64,000 nt of DNA from Amoebidium appalachense (taxonomy: Eukaryota > Protista > Ichthyosporea). Shown here in pieces: positions 47,993-64,000 of the stretch. Made by a program: the position numbers and the translations under genes. Position 1 is the stretch's first letter, and every line of letters starts with the position of its first letter. Below the pieces are notes generated by a model. The model ran no database searches, was not told the DNA's origin, and was given only the letters and a program-made list of their open reading frames with translations. Where the stretch lies: contig CAVNZM010000003.1 of NCBI GenBank assembly GCA_963693365.1, forward strand, positions 5,018,472 through 5,082,471. Direction: 5' to 3'.

Positions 47993-48454
47993 CACGAGCG
48001 TGCGTGTATAGTGTCTGTGTGTGAGCGCGTTGCAATGATCCGTGCTAAAGTTGTTTTGTGGCTTGTTAAGTGTTGTGTAGGCGCTTGTGGGCACATGTGG
48101 AGGTTCGTAAGCGCGTAAGCGTGTGCACTCGCGGGTGATTTCTTAGAGTTTGTTGTCTGTTCAAAGCGTTCGTTCTTGTGCGAACTGTGTTCCATGGTTG
48201 TGCAAGGTTGTCCGCCCACTTAGACAATCATTTACAACCAACAACATAACCTTGTCACACATCCACATATGCATTTAAAGTACTTAAAATAATACAGACA
48301 TAAATTTCGTTCATATGCCCACATATGACTGCACGTGGTTTTTCATACCTTCCTACTGTGCGTGGTTATTCATGGCTTCCTAACTTTCGACTCGAGGATC
48401 ATTCAGAAGTAGAATTCCTTCAGACACCAATACCAAGGGGGAAAACAAGAACGA

Positions 48455-48521
<67 letters not shown>

Positions 48522-49122
48522 CGCGCGCACGCATGCACATGTGTGTGTTTGTGTCGTGGGGGTGGTGGTGGTGGTTTCGTTGGGTGGGTGGGGGGGGGGG
48601 GGGGGGGGGGGAGGGGGGGGGGGGGGGGAGAAGAGTTGGCAGTGCATTGTGACGGGAATCTATGGTGCGATCCACCAAGGCAATAGTGAGAATGGGGGGA
48701 AGGAGGGGGAGGGGAGGGGGAGGATGGGGAGGAGTGATGAGGTAGGGAGGGCCAAAAAAAAAAAAAAAAAAAAGGTGACAAACAAAAACCGAAGTGCAAA
48801 ATTGCAGAATTCTGTTATCCCGCATCGATTCGGCGGTCGAGACAGGCGATAAGACGGGTGCCTCATTTCGAAGGGAACTCTGGGAGATGGATTCCCGGAT
48901 GCTGCGTGGAAAAAAGAGATAGTTGGTAATTGAGCAGCAGATATAATGGATTTTCGACCCAAGATACTCTACATTACCCATGTGTGCTGGAACTATCTAT
49001 ATTGCTTGGGAGCAAGAAAGGCTGCATCAGATCACCATGTGGAGCCCATTCTCCCCGCCGGAGAGTGGGGCAGGGGGAGGGGGGGGGGGGGGGAGGGGAG
49101 AGGGGGCGCGGGGGGGGGGGGG

Positions 49123-49350
49123 TTTTGAATGCGTCAAAAAGTACGAAGTACACAAGAACAAACGGATAACACGATGCAGAATGCAAGCCATACATAAAGA
49201 GTATGCATAATAAGCAGAGCCCATCCTCAGGGGGGGCCCACGTCATCCACAGTACCCGAGTTTCGACCTATTCCCCTCGTTAACGAAACCCAACTCAGAT
49301 ACTGTTTCACTTGAACATGAGTAGGTCACCCGTCTTGATCAGAGACGAGC
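49123..49350 (-). mobile_element. ~225-bp interspersed element, copy 1 (SINE or non-LTR 3'-end-like; strand inferred)
   Basis: Near-identical to 55137-55338 and 58982-59208, and flanked by G tracts on both sides. Confidence 0.7.
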
Positions 49351-49594
49351 GGGGGGGGATTGTCGTGGTGGTGGCAGTGGTGTTGTGTGATATGGGGGTC
49401 CGTGTGTGTGTGTGTTTGTTCGTGCGCCCGGGCACGTTTTTGTGTGTGTGATTGTGTGCTGGCATGTATGCACGTGTGTGTGTGTATGTGTATGTGCGTC
49501 TGTGTGTGCGTGTGTGTGTTTATTATGTGTGTTTTTGTGTGTGTGAGAGTGCTTGTGCTTGCATGTGTGTGTATACGTGTGCCGCATCCTGTAC

Positions 49595-63943
<14,349 letters not shown>

Positions 63944-64000
63944 CTGTGTGGGGATAGAAATAAATTAAACACACACCACCAGAGTAGCTGTCTTTTTTCG

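Noticed and set aside
48400-48902. Extra 3' kinase exons (IRESISQSSLRNEAPVLSPVSTAESMRD...)
   Set aside because: There is a good acceptor, but joining it in this frame needs a different length of the G run at ~49603-49622. It was left out of the model as unresolved.
49200-49300. Hammerhead or HDV ribozyme in the three-copy element (CTGAGGA and GAAAC...GTA on the minus strand)
   Set aside because: I could not build stems I/II of a hammerhead or P3/P1.1 of an HDV fold around these motifs by eye. A covariance-model search would be needed.
49290-49345. U2 snRNA-like words (TCAAGTG...AGTATCTG) in the three-copy element
   Set aside because: The GTAGTA branch-pairing sequence is not intact and the rest does not follow U2.

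Overview
Intron-rich eukaryotic DNA, most consistent with a unicellular opisthokont or holozoan-like protist (inferred from the Greatwall/MASTL-type kinase, myosin essential light chain and TSP1/trefoil/SEA domains). Introns are packed with poly-C/poly-G tracts and (CA)/(GT)/(GA) microsatellites, so almost all ORFs in the supplied track are artefacts. Manual splicing gives four genes. (1) A 50-exon, ~33 kb gene (5960-39182, +) encodes a ~2,900-aa type I membrane protein. It has a bacterial-type DUF4955/pectate-lyase-like beta-helix domain on a stalk of ~20 TSP1 repeats, ricin-B lectin, trefoil and CBM-like domains, ending in SEA-like/EGF-like/TM segments and a short tail. (2) A candidate orphan gene lies on the minus strand (~39649-40917). 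(3) A myosin essential light chain spans 43772-45160 (+). (4) A Greatwall/MASTL/Rim15-family kinase lies on the minus strand (49595 to beyond 63943). The window also holds a three-copy ~225-bp structured element anchored on C/G tracts, inverted-repeat elements, minisatellites and tandem duplications. All gene models were built by eye without RNA evidence or database searches.
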